This document shows, in pieces, positions 11,025-21,583 of a stretch of 50,958 nucleotides of DNA. The DNA comes from Verrucomicrobiaceae bacterium. GTDB taxonomy: Bacteria; Verrucomicrobiota; Verrucomicrobiia; Verrucomicrobiales; Akkermansiaceae. The notes beneath the pieces were generated by a model that saw nothing but the letters and a program-made list of their open reading frames with translations, was not told the DNA's origin and ran no database searches. The DNA lies in NCBI GenBank assembly GCA_005787565.1, contig SYAP01000124.1:1-50958 (forward strand), given 5' to 3'. The position numbers and the translations under genes were made by a program. Each line of letters opens with the position of its first letter. Within the stretch, counting starts at the first letter, position 1.

Positions 11025-11118
11025 TTGAGGGGGAGGGATTTGGGCACGAAAAAAGCGGCTTTTTGGGCCGCTTGGTTCGTTGGGGGTGGTTGGGATCGCC
11101 GGGTGGCGATGGGGGCGG

Positions 11119-11283
11119 TTATTTGACGCCTTTTTTGCCGAGGCGGGTGCCGACGGTGGCACCTTGGCGGGCTTTGAATTTGGGGTTGGATTTGCAGATG
11201 ACGTAGACGGTGCCCTTGCGTTTCACGACTTGGCAGTCGGCGTGGCGGCGCTTGGCGGAGGCAAGGGATGAGAGAACTTTCAT
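11119..11283 (-). CDS. rpmJ: 50S ribosomal protein L36, type B (YkgO-like) with basic C-terminal extension
   Basis: [41 protein letters not shown]...; this is the last 54 aa of the 465-aa ORF-track entry. Confidence 0.93.
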   Translation of the reverse strand: MKVLSSLASAKRRHADCQVVKRKGTVYVICKSNPKFKARQGATVGTRLGKKGVK

Positions 11284-11332
11284 GGCGCGAAGTGGTTTGA
11301 AATGAACCGGTAGCGGTTGCACCGGGGCGCGA

Positions 11333-11360
11333 AAACTAGCGGTCGGCCCCGGGATGTAAA
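11333..11360 (-). promoter_or_regulatory. Probable rpmJ promoter
   Basis: Minus strand TTTACA, 16-bp spacer, TAGTTT, about 50 bp upstream of the ATG. Confidence 0.45.
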
Positions 11361-11401
11361 GGCATTTCTTGGGGGTTTTGGGTGTTTTTGGGGGATTTTT
11401 T

Positions 11402-13195
11402 TCAGCGGGTGAGGGTGGGTTCGAGCCAGAGTGCCCAGTCGGAACTGGGGCCGTCTCCGGCGTCGTCGGTGGAGAGGATGAGGGATTTGACGCCGGTGAG
11501 GTCGATGGTGAAGGGGTGGTTTTTGTCGGACTTTGTGACGGGGGATTGCCAGAGGGTTTTGCCGTCTGCCTGGATGGTGAAGCGGACGGAGCCGTCGTAT
11601 CCTTCGGCGACGCCGGCGGTTCCGGTGAGGGTTTTCCAGGTACCGTCGAGGTTCCATTCGTGGCGGGCGTGGGCGTGGGCGTAGAAGCCGTGGGTGAAGA
11701 GTTGGCCGCCGCTGACGAGGAGGGCGTTTTGGTCCGGGAGGCGATCGCGGATGGGTCGGCCGTAGCCGACTTTGACGGTGGCGGGCGGGAGGTCGGAGAG
11801 GGGGAGGGTTTTGGCGTCCGCGGGTGGTGCGGGGCGCGGGGCTGTGGCGTTGATGAGGCGTTGGGCGATTTGTGAGATTTTGGGGTCGGCCTGGATGGGT
11901 GCGGTTTGGGCGAGTTGTTTGGCTTGGTCGATCTGGTTGGTGTTGAGGGCGGCGATGAGTGGTTTGAGGGTGAGGGATGTTTGGATGAGGTTGATGTTTG
12001 CGGTGCCATCAGGGGCGACGGAGTAGGGGTAGCGGAAGGGTGTGGCGCTGAGGAAGCCTGAGGCGACGCCGTTTGCCTGGAGGAAGACGACGCGGAGGAG
12101 TGAGTTTTTGCCGGGGGCGAGGGCGTTGCAGTGGAGGGTGAAGCGGCCTTGGGCATCCGGGACGGCGGTGGCGGTGGTGGCGTCGTAATCGCCGCCGCCT
12201 TCGGGGTCCATGTAGGCGACGACGCCGTAGACGGGCGGGTCTGCGGTGACTTTTCCGGAGAAGATGAAGTTCTTTCCGTCTTTGCGGATGGCGAGGTCGG
12301 TGGGGCTGGCGGTGGGTTGGAGGTCGGCGCCTTTGAATGAGCCGGAGAAGATGGGGTGTGAGGCGAGGCGGAGGCCGTGGGCGAGGGTGAGGAAGGAGCC
12401 GGGGCCTTCGCCGCGGAGCTGTTCGCCGTAGGTGCGGTTGCCGCTGCCCATGAGGGCGGTGCCGAAGGCTTTGGCTTCGTCGGGGCGTTCGCGGTTGTGG
12501 GGGAGGCCGAGGGCATGGCCGAGTTCGTGGCAGATGCCGCCGATGAAGATGGAGTTGTAGCGGCCGACGGATATGTTTCCGTATTGGCCGTCGCGGACCA
12601 TGGGTTGTTTTTTGTCGAGGAGGGCGAGGTCGAGGATGGGTGAGTCGACTTGCCATGCGGTGCCGTTGCGGTGGGTGCCGCCAGCGTAGTAGGGGCTGTT
12701 CTGGGTGATGGTTGATTTTTCGGGATCCCAGTTGGCCATGTTGCAGAAGATGACGAGGGTTTCGTTATCGGGGTCGATGCCGGCGGCGCGGAGGGTGGGG
12801 AGGGATTCTGCGCGGATTTCGTGGCCGCTATCGCCGTTGTAGTGGGCGTAGGGGTGGCGGCCGCGGACGAGGTGGATGCGGAGGAGCCCGTCGTCGGCGT
12901 GGTCGAAGCGGAGGGTGCGCGGGCCGAAGCCGAGGCGCTGCATTTCGGAGGCGTAGAAGTTGCGGATGTCGAGGAGTGCGGCGGTGAGGCGTTCGCGGAA
13001 GCGAGGGGCGGGATCGCGGTCGTTGGGGGTCCAGAGGATGACGTGGAGTTTGCGCTCGGCTTTGACGGGGTCCTTGTCCTGCCATGCGTCGAGGATGGCG
13101 CGGGCGGCGGGGACTTTGGCTGCGATTTCCTCCTGTGGAGTGGAGGAATGGGCGAGTGGGGCGGCTAGCAATGAGAGAATGAACAAACGAATCAC
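11402..13195 (-). CDS. Secreted metzincin metallopeptidase with C-terminal NPCBM/NEW2 domain
   Basis: [11 protein letters not shown], Met-turn ALMG, and C-terminal GFYAHA...[17 protein letters not shown]...[25 protein letters not shown]. Probable GTG start at 13195 before the signal peptide. Confidence 0.85.
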   Translation of the reverse strand: MIRLFILSLLAAPLAHSSTPQEEIAAKVPAARAILDAWQDKDPVKAERKLHVILWTPNDRDPAPRFRERLTAALLDIRNFYASEMQRLGFGPRTLRFDHADDGLLRIHLVRGRHPYAHYNGDSGHEIRAESLPTLRAAGIDPDNETLVIFCNMANWDPEKSTITQNSPYYAGGTHRNGTAWQVDSPILDLALLDKKQPMVRDGQYGNISVGRYNSIFIGGICHELGHALGLPHNRERPDEAKAFGTALMGSGNRTYGEQLRGEGPGSFLTLAHGLRLASHPIFSGSFKGADLQPTASPTDLAIRKDGKNFIFSGKVTADPPVYGVVAYMDPEGGGDYDATTATAVPDAQGRFTLHCNALAPGKNSLLRVVFLQANGVASGFLSATPFRYPYSVAPDGTANINLIQTSLTLKPLIAALNTNQIDQAKQLAQTAPIQADPKISQIAQRLINATAPRPAPPADAKTLPLSDLPPATVKVGYGRPIRDRLPDQNALLVSGGQLFTHGFYAHAHARHEWNLDGTWKTLTGTAGVAEGYDGSVRFTIQADGKTLWQSPVTKSDKNHPFTIDLTGVKSLILSTDDAGDGPSSDWALWLEPTLTR

Positions 13196-13353
13196 GGCGG
13201 GGAGAACGTCTCCGAGGGGGGAATTGTTTCGAATCTTTGCCTGTGGCGTGGCGGTTAGAGGCGGGGTGAGAATCTTCTCCACTGTTGCCCTTGAAATGGT
13301 TGGGGCGTGTGCCTATTTCTGGCGCGGCACCTTCCGCCCTTTCCGTTTTCGTC

Positions 13354-14031
13354 ATGAACGCCCTTACCCGCAGCCTCTCCACCTACTGGCAATCCTCCAT
13401 CGGGAAAAAAATCGTCGTCGCCCTTACGGGGTTGTTGCTGGTGTTGTTCCTGGCCGGTCACCTGACGGGCAATCTGTTGATTTTCGTGGGTGAGAAGGCG
13501 TTCAATGAGTATGCGGAGTTGTTGCACTCGATGGGGCACGGGATGGGTGTGTGGGTGGCGCGGATTGTTTTGCTGGTGACGGTGGGTTTGCACATTTGGG
13601 CGACGATTGCATTGACGAGGCAGAACCGGGCGGCGCGGCAGCCGTATCAGTATCAGGCGACAATCCAGGCTTCGCGTTCGTCGCGGTGGATGATCATGAG
13701 CGGTCTGACGATCCTTGCGTTCGTGATTTTTCACATTCTGCATTATACGGTGCGGGTGGATTCGGATTTGGCGAAACTTGGTGAGACGAACCCGCATGCG
13801 ATGGTGGTGCTGGGCTTCAAGAATGTGTTCGTCTCGTTGTTTTATATCATCGCGATGACGATGTTGTGTTCGCATCTTTCGCACGGTGTCGCGTCGATTT
13901 TCCAGACTCTCGGGCTGCGGTCGAAGAAGGCGAAGAGCCTGATTCACAAAATTTCGTGGGGCTACAGCATCGCGATCTGGGTTGGGTTTGTTTCCATTCC
14001 GGTTGCCATCATGCTGGGTCTCGTCAAGTGA
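13354..14031 (+). CDS. sdhC: Succinate dehydrogenase/fumarate reductase cytochrome b subunit
   Basis: SSIGKK..ALTG...HL.GNL, five TM helices with heme His residues (HLSHG), directly upstream of sdhA. Confidence 0.93.
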   Translation: MNALTRSLSTYWQSSIGKKIVVALTGLLLVLFLAGHLTGNLLIFVGEKAFNEYAELLHSMGHGMGVWVARIVLLVTVGLHIWATIALTRQNRAARQPYQYQATIQASRSSRWMIMSGLTILAFVIFHILHYTVRVDSDLAKLGETNPHAMVVLGFKNVFVSLFYIIAMTMLCSHLSHGVASIFQTLGLRSKKAKSLIHKISWGYSIAIWVGFVSIPVAIMLGLVK

Positions 14032-14071
14032 GTTCCCTATTTAACTGATTTCCATTCATCCCATTCCCACC

Positions 14072-16048
14072 ATGTCCATCGTCCTCGACAGCAAGATCCC
14101 GTCCGGCCCGTTAGAGCAAAAATGGTCCAAGCACAAGATGGACTCGAAGCTCATCAATCCGGCGAACAAGCGGAAGTTTTCGATCATTGTGGTCGGTTCC
14201 GGGTTGGCAGGGGGTGCGGCGGCGGCGACGTTGGCGGAGCTGGGGTATCAGGTGAAGTGTTTCTGTTATCAGGATTCACCGAGGCGCGCGCACTCGATCG
14301 CGGCGCAGGGTGGGATCAATGCGGCGAAGAACTATCAGAATGACGGGGACTCGGTGCGCCGGTTGTTTTACGATACGATCAAGGGTGGGGATTTCCGTGC
14401 TCGTGAGGCGAATGTGCACCGTTTGGCGGAGGTTTCGAATCACATCATTGATCAGTGTGTGGCGCAGGGTGTTCCGTTCGCCCGGGAGTATGGCGGGTTG
14501 CTGGACAACCGGTCGTTTGGTGGGGCGCAGGTTTCCCGGACGTTTTATGCGCGTGGTCAGACCGGGCAGCAGTTGCTGATCGGGTGTTATCAGGCGTTGG
14601 AGAAGGAGATCCACAAGGGTGGGGTGAAGATGTTTCCGCGGACGGAGATGTTGGATCTGGTGCTGGTGGACGGGCACGCGAAGGGGATCGTGGTGAGGGA
14701 TCTAACGAACGGGAAGATTTCCTCTTATGCGGCGGACGCGGTGATTCTAGCGACGGGTGGTTATGGCAACGTGTTTTTCCTTTCGACGAACGCGATGGGT
14801 TGCAACGTGACTGCGGCGTGGCGTGCGGCGCGGCGCGGGGCTTTATTCGCGAATCCATGTTTCACGCAGATCCATCCGACGTGCATTCCGGTTTCCGGGG
14901 ACTATCAATCGAAGCTGACGCTGATGTCCGAGTCGTTGCGGAACGACGGGCGGATCTGGGTTCCGAAGAGCAAGGAGGTGGCGGAGAAGCTGCGCAAGAA
15001 GCAGATGAGCCCCAACGATGTGGCGGAGGGCGATCGGGACTATTATCTTGAGCGGAAATATCCGTCGTTCGGCAATCTTTCGCCGCGTGATATCTCATCG
15101 CGAGCGGCTAAGGAGGCGTGTGATGACGGGCGTGGTGTGGCACCGACGGGGCTGGGTGTTTATCTTGATTTCCGTGATGCGACGGCGCGTTTGGGTGAGT
15201 CGACGATCCGTGCGAGATATGGGAATCTTTTCCAGATGTATGAGAAGATCGCGGGTGAGGATCCTTACAAGGGTCCGATGATGATCTATCCGGCGGTGCA
15301 TTATACGATGGGTGGGTTGTGGGTGGATTACAATCTGATGTCGAACGTTCCCGGGTTGCATGTGCTCGGAGAGGCGAATTTCTCGGATCACGGGGCGAAC
15401 CGATTGGGTGCCTCTGCGCTGATGCAGGGGTTGGCAGACGGGTACTTCGTGATTCCGACGACGATTGCGAACTATCTGGCGACGCAGAAACCGGGAGCGG
15501 TGACGACGTCCGCGCCGGAGTTCAAGCAGGTGGAGGAGGAGACGCGTGGGCGTGTTAACAAGCTGATTTCGATCAATGGCAAGCGGACGGTGGATTCGTT
15601 CCATCGGGAGCTCGGGATGACTATGTGGGACAAGTGCGGGATGGAGCGTTCGCGTGAGGGGTTGCAGGAGGCGTTGCGGAAGATTCCTCAGATTCGTGAG
15701 GAGTTCTGGGCGAATGTGCGGATTCCTGGTTCGGGCGAGACGGCAAACATGGAGTTGGAGAAGGCGGGACGGGTGGCGGACTTTCTGGAGTTCGGCGAGG
15801 TGATGTGTTATGACGCGCTGGAGCGGGAAGAGTCGTGTGGTGGTCATTTCCGTGCGGAGCATCAGTTTACCGAAGCGGATCCGGATGTGCAGTCCGGGAA
15901 GACGCAGGTGGGTGAGGCGAAGCGCCACGACGAGCATTTCTCGCATGTTTCGGCTTGGGAATATCACGGGCCGGGCAAGGCACCGACGTTGCATAAGGAG
16001 GCGTTGGTGTTTGAGAGCGTGAAGCCGTCGATCCGGAGTTACGCGTGA
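14072..16048 (+). CDS. sdhA: Succinate dehydrogenase/fumarate reductase flavoprotein subunit
   Basis: [20 protein letters not shown] (covalent FAD His), [23 protein letters not shown]. Confidence 0.97.
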   Translation: MSIVLDSKIPSGPLEQKWSKHKMDSKLINPANKRKFSIIVVGSGLAGGAAAATLAELGYQVKCFCYQDSPRRAHSIAAQGGINAAKNYQNDGDSVRRLFYDTIKGGDFRAREANVHRLAEVSNHIIDQCVAQGVPFAREYGGLLDNRSFGGAQVSRTFYARGQTGQQLLIGCYQALEKEIHKGGVKMFPRTEMLDLVLVDGHAKGIVVRDLTNGKISSYAADAVILATGGYGNVFFLSTNAMGCNVTAAWRAARRGALFANPCFTQIHPTCIPVSGDYQSKLTLMSESLRNDGRIWVPKSKEVAEKLRKKQMSPNDVAEGDRDYYLERKYPSFGNLSPRDISSRAAKEACDDGRGVAPTGLGVYLDFRDATARLGESTIRARYGNLFQMYEKIAGEDPYKGPMMIYPAVHYTMGGLWVDYNLMSNVPGLHVLGEANFSDHGANRLGASALMQGLADGYFVIPTTIANYLATQKPGAVTTSAPEFKQVEEETRGRVNKLISINGKRTVDSFHRELGMTMWDKCGMERSREGLQEALRKIPQIREEFWANVRIPGSGETANMELEKAGRVADFLEFGEVMCYDALEREESCGGHFRAEHQFTEADPDVQSGKTQVGEAKRHDEHFSHVSAWEYHGPGKAPTLHKEALVFESVKPSIRSYA

Positions 16049-16348
16049 GGTTTTTTTGGGGAGAGGGTTCAGTTGAGTTGGTTTGTCAGTTAGTTAGATG
16101 AGTGATGGAGTCCTGCGGCATTTTATTAGACCTTGCGAATTAGAGTGACCGAATGCATTCGGTGTGCAAAGTTGCCTGCATGGCCACTTTTTCGATCGTG
16201 GACCATGAACTGAAGAGGCTCAGCCTCACAAGGAAAACCAACTGATGCTCTGAGACTGATAAAGGGGCATCAGGTGGTCAAATGCACTCACTATGAAACT
16301 CTCGTCAACGAGCTGAGTGTAAAAAACGAAGGTAATCGAATTTCCTGA

Positions 16349-16385
16349 TTGACAGAACCGACTTGCCTAGGTAAAACGTTTTACC
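16349..16385 (+). promoter_or_regulatory. Sigma70 promoter overlapped by a perfect LacI-type operator
   Basis: TTGACA (16349-54), 17-bp spacer, TAAAAC (16372-77); perfect palindrome GGTAAAACGTTTTACC at 16370-16385. Confidence 0.8.
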
Positions 16386-16451
16386 GGATCGGCGCGCGAT
16401 TGCGTTCCAGTCCCGATTCGTCGATCTAGACTAAAACCAAATCCTGAATTC

Positions 16452-17090
16452 ATGAACCCTAGCAAACTCGCTCTATTCATTCTGCTTGCCGCATCGTCTG
16501 CGCATGGGGCCTATGTCATAAGCCAGCCAAATGAGCCTACTTCTCAAGGAAATGCCGGAACTGGGCAGTCGTTTACGCCGAGTGTCGGGATGGTGGATGA
16601 TCCCGGCTCATCGACCGTAACCATCGATCTGACCAGTTTCTCGCTTTGGTCCAACGGTGGTGCTTCGGCAACTACAGGAAGAGACACTACCTATCTGCTA
16701 ATCTACGACGCCAACCCCTCTGGTGCGGCCAATCTCGTTGGCAGTTCGAGCAACTTCATTGATTTGAACCCGATTTCGAATGCGCCTACCGGCACGCAAC
16801 TGGTATGGACATTCAACAATCTGACATTGAATTACAGCACCACGTATTTTGCCGTGATTTCTTCTAGTAACTCGGGAACCACCGTGAACGACATCGGTGT
16901 CGGTTTTCGCAACAGTACCTTAAATCCCTATGCTGGTGGCAATGCGCTTGCTGACAACTTTGCTGTTCAGGGGACCGGTGATCTCAAGTTTTTCGCCACC
17001 TTCGTCAATCCAGTTGCTGTTCCCGAGGCTGGCGCAGTCCTGCTAAGTTCGATCGGAATGCTTGCTCTGTTGCGCCGCCGCCGGGTCTGA
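16452..17090 (+). CDS. PEP-CTERM-type surface protein
   Basis: Signal peptide; C-terminus VPEAGAVLLSSIGMLALLRRRRV (VPE motif, TM helix, Arg tail). Confidence 0.9.
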   Translation: MNPSKLALFILLAASSAHGAYVISQPNEPTSQGNAGTGQSFTPSVGMVDDPGSSTVTIDLTSFSLWSNGGASATTGRDTTYLLIYDANPSGAANLVGSSSNFIDLNPISNAPTGTQLVWTFNNLTLNYSTTYFAVISSSNSGTTVNDIGVGFRNSTLNPYAGGNALADNFAVQGTGDLKFFATFVNPVAVPEAGAVLLSSIGMLALLRRRRV

Positions 17091-17108
17091 GGGGGCGAAT
17101 CGGTGCCT

Positions 17109-17138
17109 GTGGGCGAAGCAGAGCTAGGCTTCGCCCGC
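17109..17138 (+). terminator. Stem-loop after the PEP-CTERM gene (terminator or mRNA-stabilising hairpin)
   Basis: GGGCGAAGC-N8-GCTTCGCCC; no U tract. Confidence 0.45.
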
Positions 17139-17251
17139 AGTCGTTACCTCTGCTCATCTCGCCAAATCATAGCTCCGTCTCCTTGCGATCCGGCCCTGCT
17201 AGCACGCGCCAAGGATGGAATGTTAATCTTCAGTGACTGATTCGACAACCA

Positions 17252-20200
17252 ATGTCACCCAATACTAAAAAACGCTCACCGTTCTGTGACCGCATACGGC
17301 GGCCTTGCATTCTCCTTCGCCCAATTCAAAGGCTTAAGGCCGCCGTCGTTTGTTGGTTGGTCTGTGTTGCCTCCGCGTTTGCGGTGGTTGACGTGGATTT
17401 CAGCCATTCCTACACTGGATCGACTGCTCCCATCCAGAACACAGGTGACATTACCTTGGTGTTCACGGTGGATGGTTCGGGGAACGTGACTCTCGATGCG
17501 TCCTGCGCCGATCCGGACCCGGCGGCCTACGTCAATGAGTTCGACGGCCCGGTGGGCACAATCAGCGATCCGGCGATGTGGGGGCAGAGCTTCACCATCG
17601 TCTTGTCGTCTTCGGGCAGCGGGAGCCTACGCGTCAGCAACAGCGGCACTGGGCTTTCCGTCCAGGGCGGCAATGCGGAGCGCTTGGACTTCCTCAACGA
17701 GGAAATCACCGCTACCGTCCTGGCGGCTGGATCGGATTTCAAACTGCTGGAAATAAACTATGCGAACGCCACGACCACGGCGGGCACCGAGATGAATGTG
17801 GCGGGAAGCGCCTACACCCTGACCGGCTCCAGTGGCACACTTGACGTATCCGCTCAAGAGGTCACCGGAACCTTCACCATCAACTCAGCGACCGACGCGG
17901 ATGCCCAAGGATTCGTGCTCAGCGGCTTGTCTTTCGATCTGACAGGCCTGCCTTTGTTTGTTTCGGACACTGTTGTGAGTTTCGCCAACAGCGGGAATGG
18001 ATTCGGACCGACCCCGCCCTTTGTTCTGGCTGGGAGCGGCTCCGCGACCATCACTCTGGCTTTCTCGATCAACAACGCCGGAATCGTATCCCTCAATGCC
18101 TCCACCACCAGCGGCAACGGAACGTTTGCTGCCACAGTGAACGAATGGGACGAGGCCGTTGTCGGTTCGGTGTCGGATCCTTCGTTGTTGGGAAAATCGT
18201 TTACGCTGATCGGTAGTGCATCAGGAGGAACCGGGGGCCTGGCCATCAGCGAGCTTGGCGGCGGCGGAATCGGGATTCAGGGCGAAAATTCCAACCGGGT
18301 CGATGGTCTGAACTACGGCGCGGGTGACACCACATCCACCCCGGAAACCTTAACTTGGACGCTCAACGCGCCGGTTGGACTGGGGTTGGTTTTCAAAAGC
18401 TGGTCCTACATCGAAGGTGCCGGCGGGGACATCCGGATCTCGAACGGAACAACAAACAGCGACTTCCCCAACATGACCGATGCCACGGGAACACTTGTCA
18501 TCTCCGACCTGCCGCTTGGCCATGGCGAATCCCTCACCTTCAAGGAAATTTCCGGAATGGGAGCGACCACAGGCGCAGGCATCGCTGGCTTCAGCTTCAC
18601 CCCGGTATCCACTTCCACACCGCCTCCCGGTTCCGAAGGATTTGATAACGGCGCGGGAAACAATCTCTGGACCAACGCCACGAACTGGAACCCGGACGGC
18701 GTGCCGGCCGCGCCCTCCAATGCGATCATTGATGGTTACAACGTGATCCTCAACAGCGCGGCGCCCGCCAGCCCGGACGAACTCCGGCTCATCAATGGCT
18801 CGCTCACGGTCGCCGGTAGCGGAACGGTGTCGATGCGCTCGATGACCATCGGCCGCGAACTCACCAAAACCTCTCGGCTCGTGATCGACGGCTCGGGCCT
18901 GTTTTTCGGCTACACCGGCTCATCCGCCACCGACGAGTTCGCGGTGGGCTCCGCCGGCACGCTGGAAACCAAGCCGGACGCAGGTGGCAGCAAACCGCTT
19001 GAACTCGGCACAGCCAGGCTGGTTCTCGACCTGGGCTCTGAGTGGATTCTTGATGGTTCGAATCACACAGGATCCTATAACATTGGCGACCGTTTCGTGT
19101 TGGCGAACTTTGGCTCGTTCTCCGGCAGCACCGCGGGACTCCGGACCCGCAACTTCGCCCTGCCTGCAAACCGCCGGCTCGAATTGGTGGCCACCGCCAC
19201 CTCGCTCTACTACGAGGTGATGGCCCAGACCGCCGCCATCGGGCCGAACATCATCCTCATCAATGTGGACGACATGGCCGGTGGCCAGCACTTTGGCTTC
19301 GATGGCAGGAGTTGTCTCACGCCGACCCTCGACACGCTGGCATCCACGGGCATTCGTTTCACTTCCGCATTCGCCGCCTCGACCGTCTGCGGGCCCTCGC
19401 GCTACTCGCTGCTCACCAGCCGCTGGCCGTCGCGCAACACCAGTGAAAATTTCACCTCGCTCTATCCGCTCGGAACCCTCGGACGATTCGGAGTATCGGA
19501 CACCGATCTGGAGCACGATGGGCAAAACATCGGAGCCTGGCTGCAACAGGCCGGCTACCGCACCGGCTTTGTGGGTAAATCCCACGTGCTCGATGATGAA
19601 TTGAAAGATACCACCAAATGGACCTCCAAGGGTCTGCTCACTTATGGGAAAACCGTCGATCCGGCCGCCAATGCCACGGTCAATGCGGCCATGAAACACA
19701 ACCACCGTGTCGTCTGCCAGATGATGCGCGAACACGGCTTCGATTTTGTCGATGGTTTCTATCACGCCAACCTCAAGGAACTGTACAGCGATAAACTGAA
19801 CGTCCACAACCAGGAGTGGATCACCAGCCGCGCGCTTCGTTTCATCGAGGAAAACCACGACGGGCGATTCTTTCTCTACATGGCGCCCACCATCAACCAC
19901 GGCCCGGTGAACAACAACCTCGACTACACGCTGCGTGCCAACAAGGCCTATACCAGCGCCGGCTATCTGCCCAACGAGGACTACTCGTTCATGCCGACGC
20001 GCCAGGCGATCATCAACGAAGTGAACGCCGCCGGCAAGGACCTGATCTCCGCCCGAGAAACTTGGCTCGACTACTCTATCCAAGCCATCATCAACAAGCT
20101 CAACCAGCACGGTATCCGCAACGACACCCTCATCATCTTCACCTCCGACCACGGCGAGAAAACGCTCTACGGCCCGCTCGTTTGGGGGAAGTCCTCCCTC

Positions 20201-21493
20201 TATGACCTCGGGATGAAAGTCCCGCTCGTGATGAATTGGCCAAACGGCATCACTTCGCAAGGCAGGACCTACAACGAAATTGTCAGTCATGTCGACATCG
20301 CTCCCACAATGCTCGCCCTGACCGGTGCCTCCGGCCTACCGACCCGTCCGGTGGACGGGGTGAGCCTGGTTCCGGTGCTCAACGGCGGGAATGCCGCAGT
20401 GCGCGATGACGTATTCTGCGAGATCGGCTACGCCCGTGGTGTTCGCACCAAGAACCGCAAATACATCGCCTTGCGCTACACGCCCACGGTTTATGCCCAG
20501 ATCGCGAGCGGCTTTCAGTGGCCGGAATACAATGCGAGTTCGCAGCTCACGGGTGGAACCATCGCGCGGCCCTATTACATTAACAACAGCGGTCTCGGAG
20601 CGGGTGTCGCTCTAACCAATCCGACCTACTTCGACGAGGACCAGCTCTACAACCTGACCACCGATCCGAACGAGAACACCAACCTCTACGGCCAGGACCC
20701 CGCCACCGCCTACGATCTCAAGAAACGGCTCGCAAATTACATCGGTGGCATACCCGGTAGACCGTTCCGGCAGTTCAACGATGCGTCGACCGAGTTCTCG
20801 CCATCGCCGATCTCCGCGCCTGCCGCACCCGCTGCGGTCCAGATGAAGTTCCTCAATCCGAACTCGGTTCAACTCAACTGGACCGATCCTGCTAACAGCG
20901 AGCTGGGATACGTCGTCCGCAAGGCCGTCAACGGCGGTGTTCCAGTCATCGTTGGCGAGTTGCCTTCCGGTGCGACCACCACCCAGGTCGCGCTCGATCC
21001 CGGCACAGAGGACATCGTGCTCGAAGTCGCCAGCTACAACGTGGCGGGCGACAGCGGGGTCAATGAAGACCTGCTCGCTCCCGAGTCGTGGCGTTACCGG
21101 ACCTTCGGCGACGTCGATCCCTCACTGAGCCAGACTGTCAGTGCGTGGTCAAACGATGCCGACGGCGATGGCGAGTCCACCCTTTGGGAATATGCGTATG
21201 GCACCGATCCGCGGTCAGGCACATCAGTCGCCCGACCGGAACTGAGGATGGGATCCGGCATTGGCGGACCTTTCCTCGAATACCGCTTGCCCCGCGACCG
21301 CCGCCGCGGCTTGCAATTCCTTGGCTCTGTTTCTCCTGATCTCTCCTCTGGATGGCAAAGCGGTCCGCCTCATTGCGTGGTCGTTGAAGACGAGCAAAAT
21401 CACCTTCTTTTCCGCAGCACGACACCCGTGAGCGGAGCCGCGCATCAGTTCATTCGTGCTGAAATGGTCAATCCACCAAGCGGGCAACCGTGA
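17252..21493 (+). CDS. Large multimodular secreted sulfatase (S1, Cys-type)
   Basis: Signal peptide, two repeated N-terminal domains, a beta-rich linker, sulfatase domain (NIILINVDD, CGPSR, GKSH, SDHG), FN3-like segment and C-terminal DADGDG..EYA.GTDP module. Start uncertain. Confidence 0.9.
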   Translation: MSPNTKKRSPFCDRIRRPCILLRPIQRLKAAVVCWLVCVASAFAVVDVDFSHSYTGSTAPIQNTGDITLVFTVDGSGNVTLDASCADPDPAAYVNEFDGPVGTISDPAMWGQSFTIVLSSSGSGSLRVSNSGTGLSVQGGNAERLDFLNEEITATVLAAGSDFKLLEINYANATTTAGTEMNVAGSAYTLTGSSGTLDVSAQEVTGTFTINSATDADAQGFVLSGLSFDLTGLPLFVSDTVVSFANSGNGFGPTPPFVLAGSGSATITLAFSINNAGIVSLNASTTSGNGTFAATVNEWDEAVVGSVSDPSLLGKSFTLIGSASGGTGGLAISELGGGGIGIQGENSNRVDGLNYGAGDTTSTPETLTWTLNAPVGLGLVFKSWSYIEGAGGDIRISNGTTNSDFPNMTDATGTLVISDLPLGHGESLTFKEISGMGATTGAGIAGFSFTPVSTSTPPPGSEGFDNGAGNNLWTNATNWNPDGVPAAPSNAIIDGYNVILNSAAPASPDELRLINGSLTVAGSGTVSMRSMTIGRELTKTSRLVIDGSGLFFGYTGSSATDEFAVGSAGTLETKPDAGGSKPLELGTARLVLDLGSEWILDGSNHTGSYNIGDRFVLANFGSFSGSTAGLRTRNFALPANRRLELVATATSLYYEVMAQTAAIGPNIILINVDDMAGGQHFGFDGRSCLTPTLDTLASTGIRFTSAFAASTVCGPSRYSLLTSRWPSRNTSENFTSLYPLGTLGRFGVSDTDLEHDGQNIGAWLQQAGYRTGFVGKSHVLDDELKDTTKWTSKGLLTYGKTVDPAANATVNAAMKHNHRVVCQMMREHGFDFVDGFYHANLKELYSDKLNVHNQEWITSRALRFIEENHDGRFFLYMAPTINHGPVNNNLDYTLRANKAYTSAGYLPNEDYSFMPTRQAIINEVNAAGKDLISARETWLDYSIQAIINKLNQHGIRNDTLIIFTSDHGEKTLYGPLVWGKSSLYDLGMKVPLVMNWPNGITSQGRTYNEIVSHVDIAPTMLALTGASGLPTRPVDGVSLVPVLNGGNAAVRDDVFCEIGYARGVRTKNRKYIALRYTPTVYAQIASGFQWPEYNASSQLTGGTIARPYYINNSGLGAGVALTNPTYFDEDQLYNLTTDPNENTNLYGQDPATAYDLKKRLANYIGGIPGRPFRQFNDASTEFSPSPISAPAAPAAVQMKFLNPNSVQLNWTDPANSELGYVVRKAVNGGVPVIVGELPSGATTTQVALDPGTEDIVLEVASYNVAGDSGVNEDLLAPESWRYRTFGDVDPSLSQTVSAWSNDADGDGESTLWEYAYGTDPRSGTSVARPELRMGSGIGGPFLEYRLPRDRRRGLQFLGSVSPDLSSGWQSGPPHCVVVEDEQNHLLFRSTTPVSGAAHQFIRAEMVNPPSGQP

Positions 21494-21583
21494 GGCAGTT
21501 CGTGAACCCAACTTCAAGCGCTTCCTCTGCTCCGTTGTCCAAGTGGTGCCTCAAGTTTTCACCTTGCCCCTGTTAGAAAAATC

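Noticed and set aside
11284-12516. Apparent 465-aa fusion ending in L36
   Set aside because: Pro/Ser-rich off-frame read-through of the metallopeptidase gene; L36 has its own ATG and promoter.
16210-16240. CTGAAGA...GAAA, hammerhead ribozyme-like core
   Set aside because: GAAA does not directly follow stem II, and no convincing stems I and III are present.
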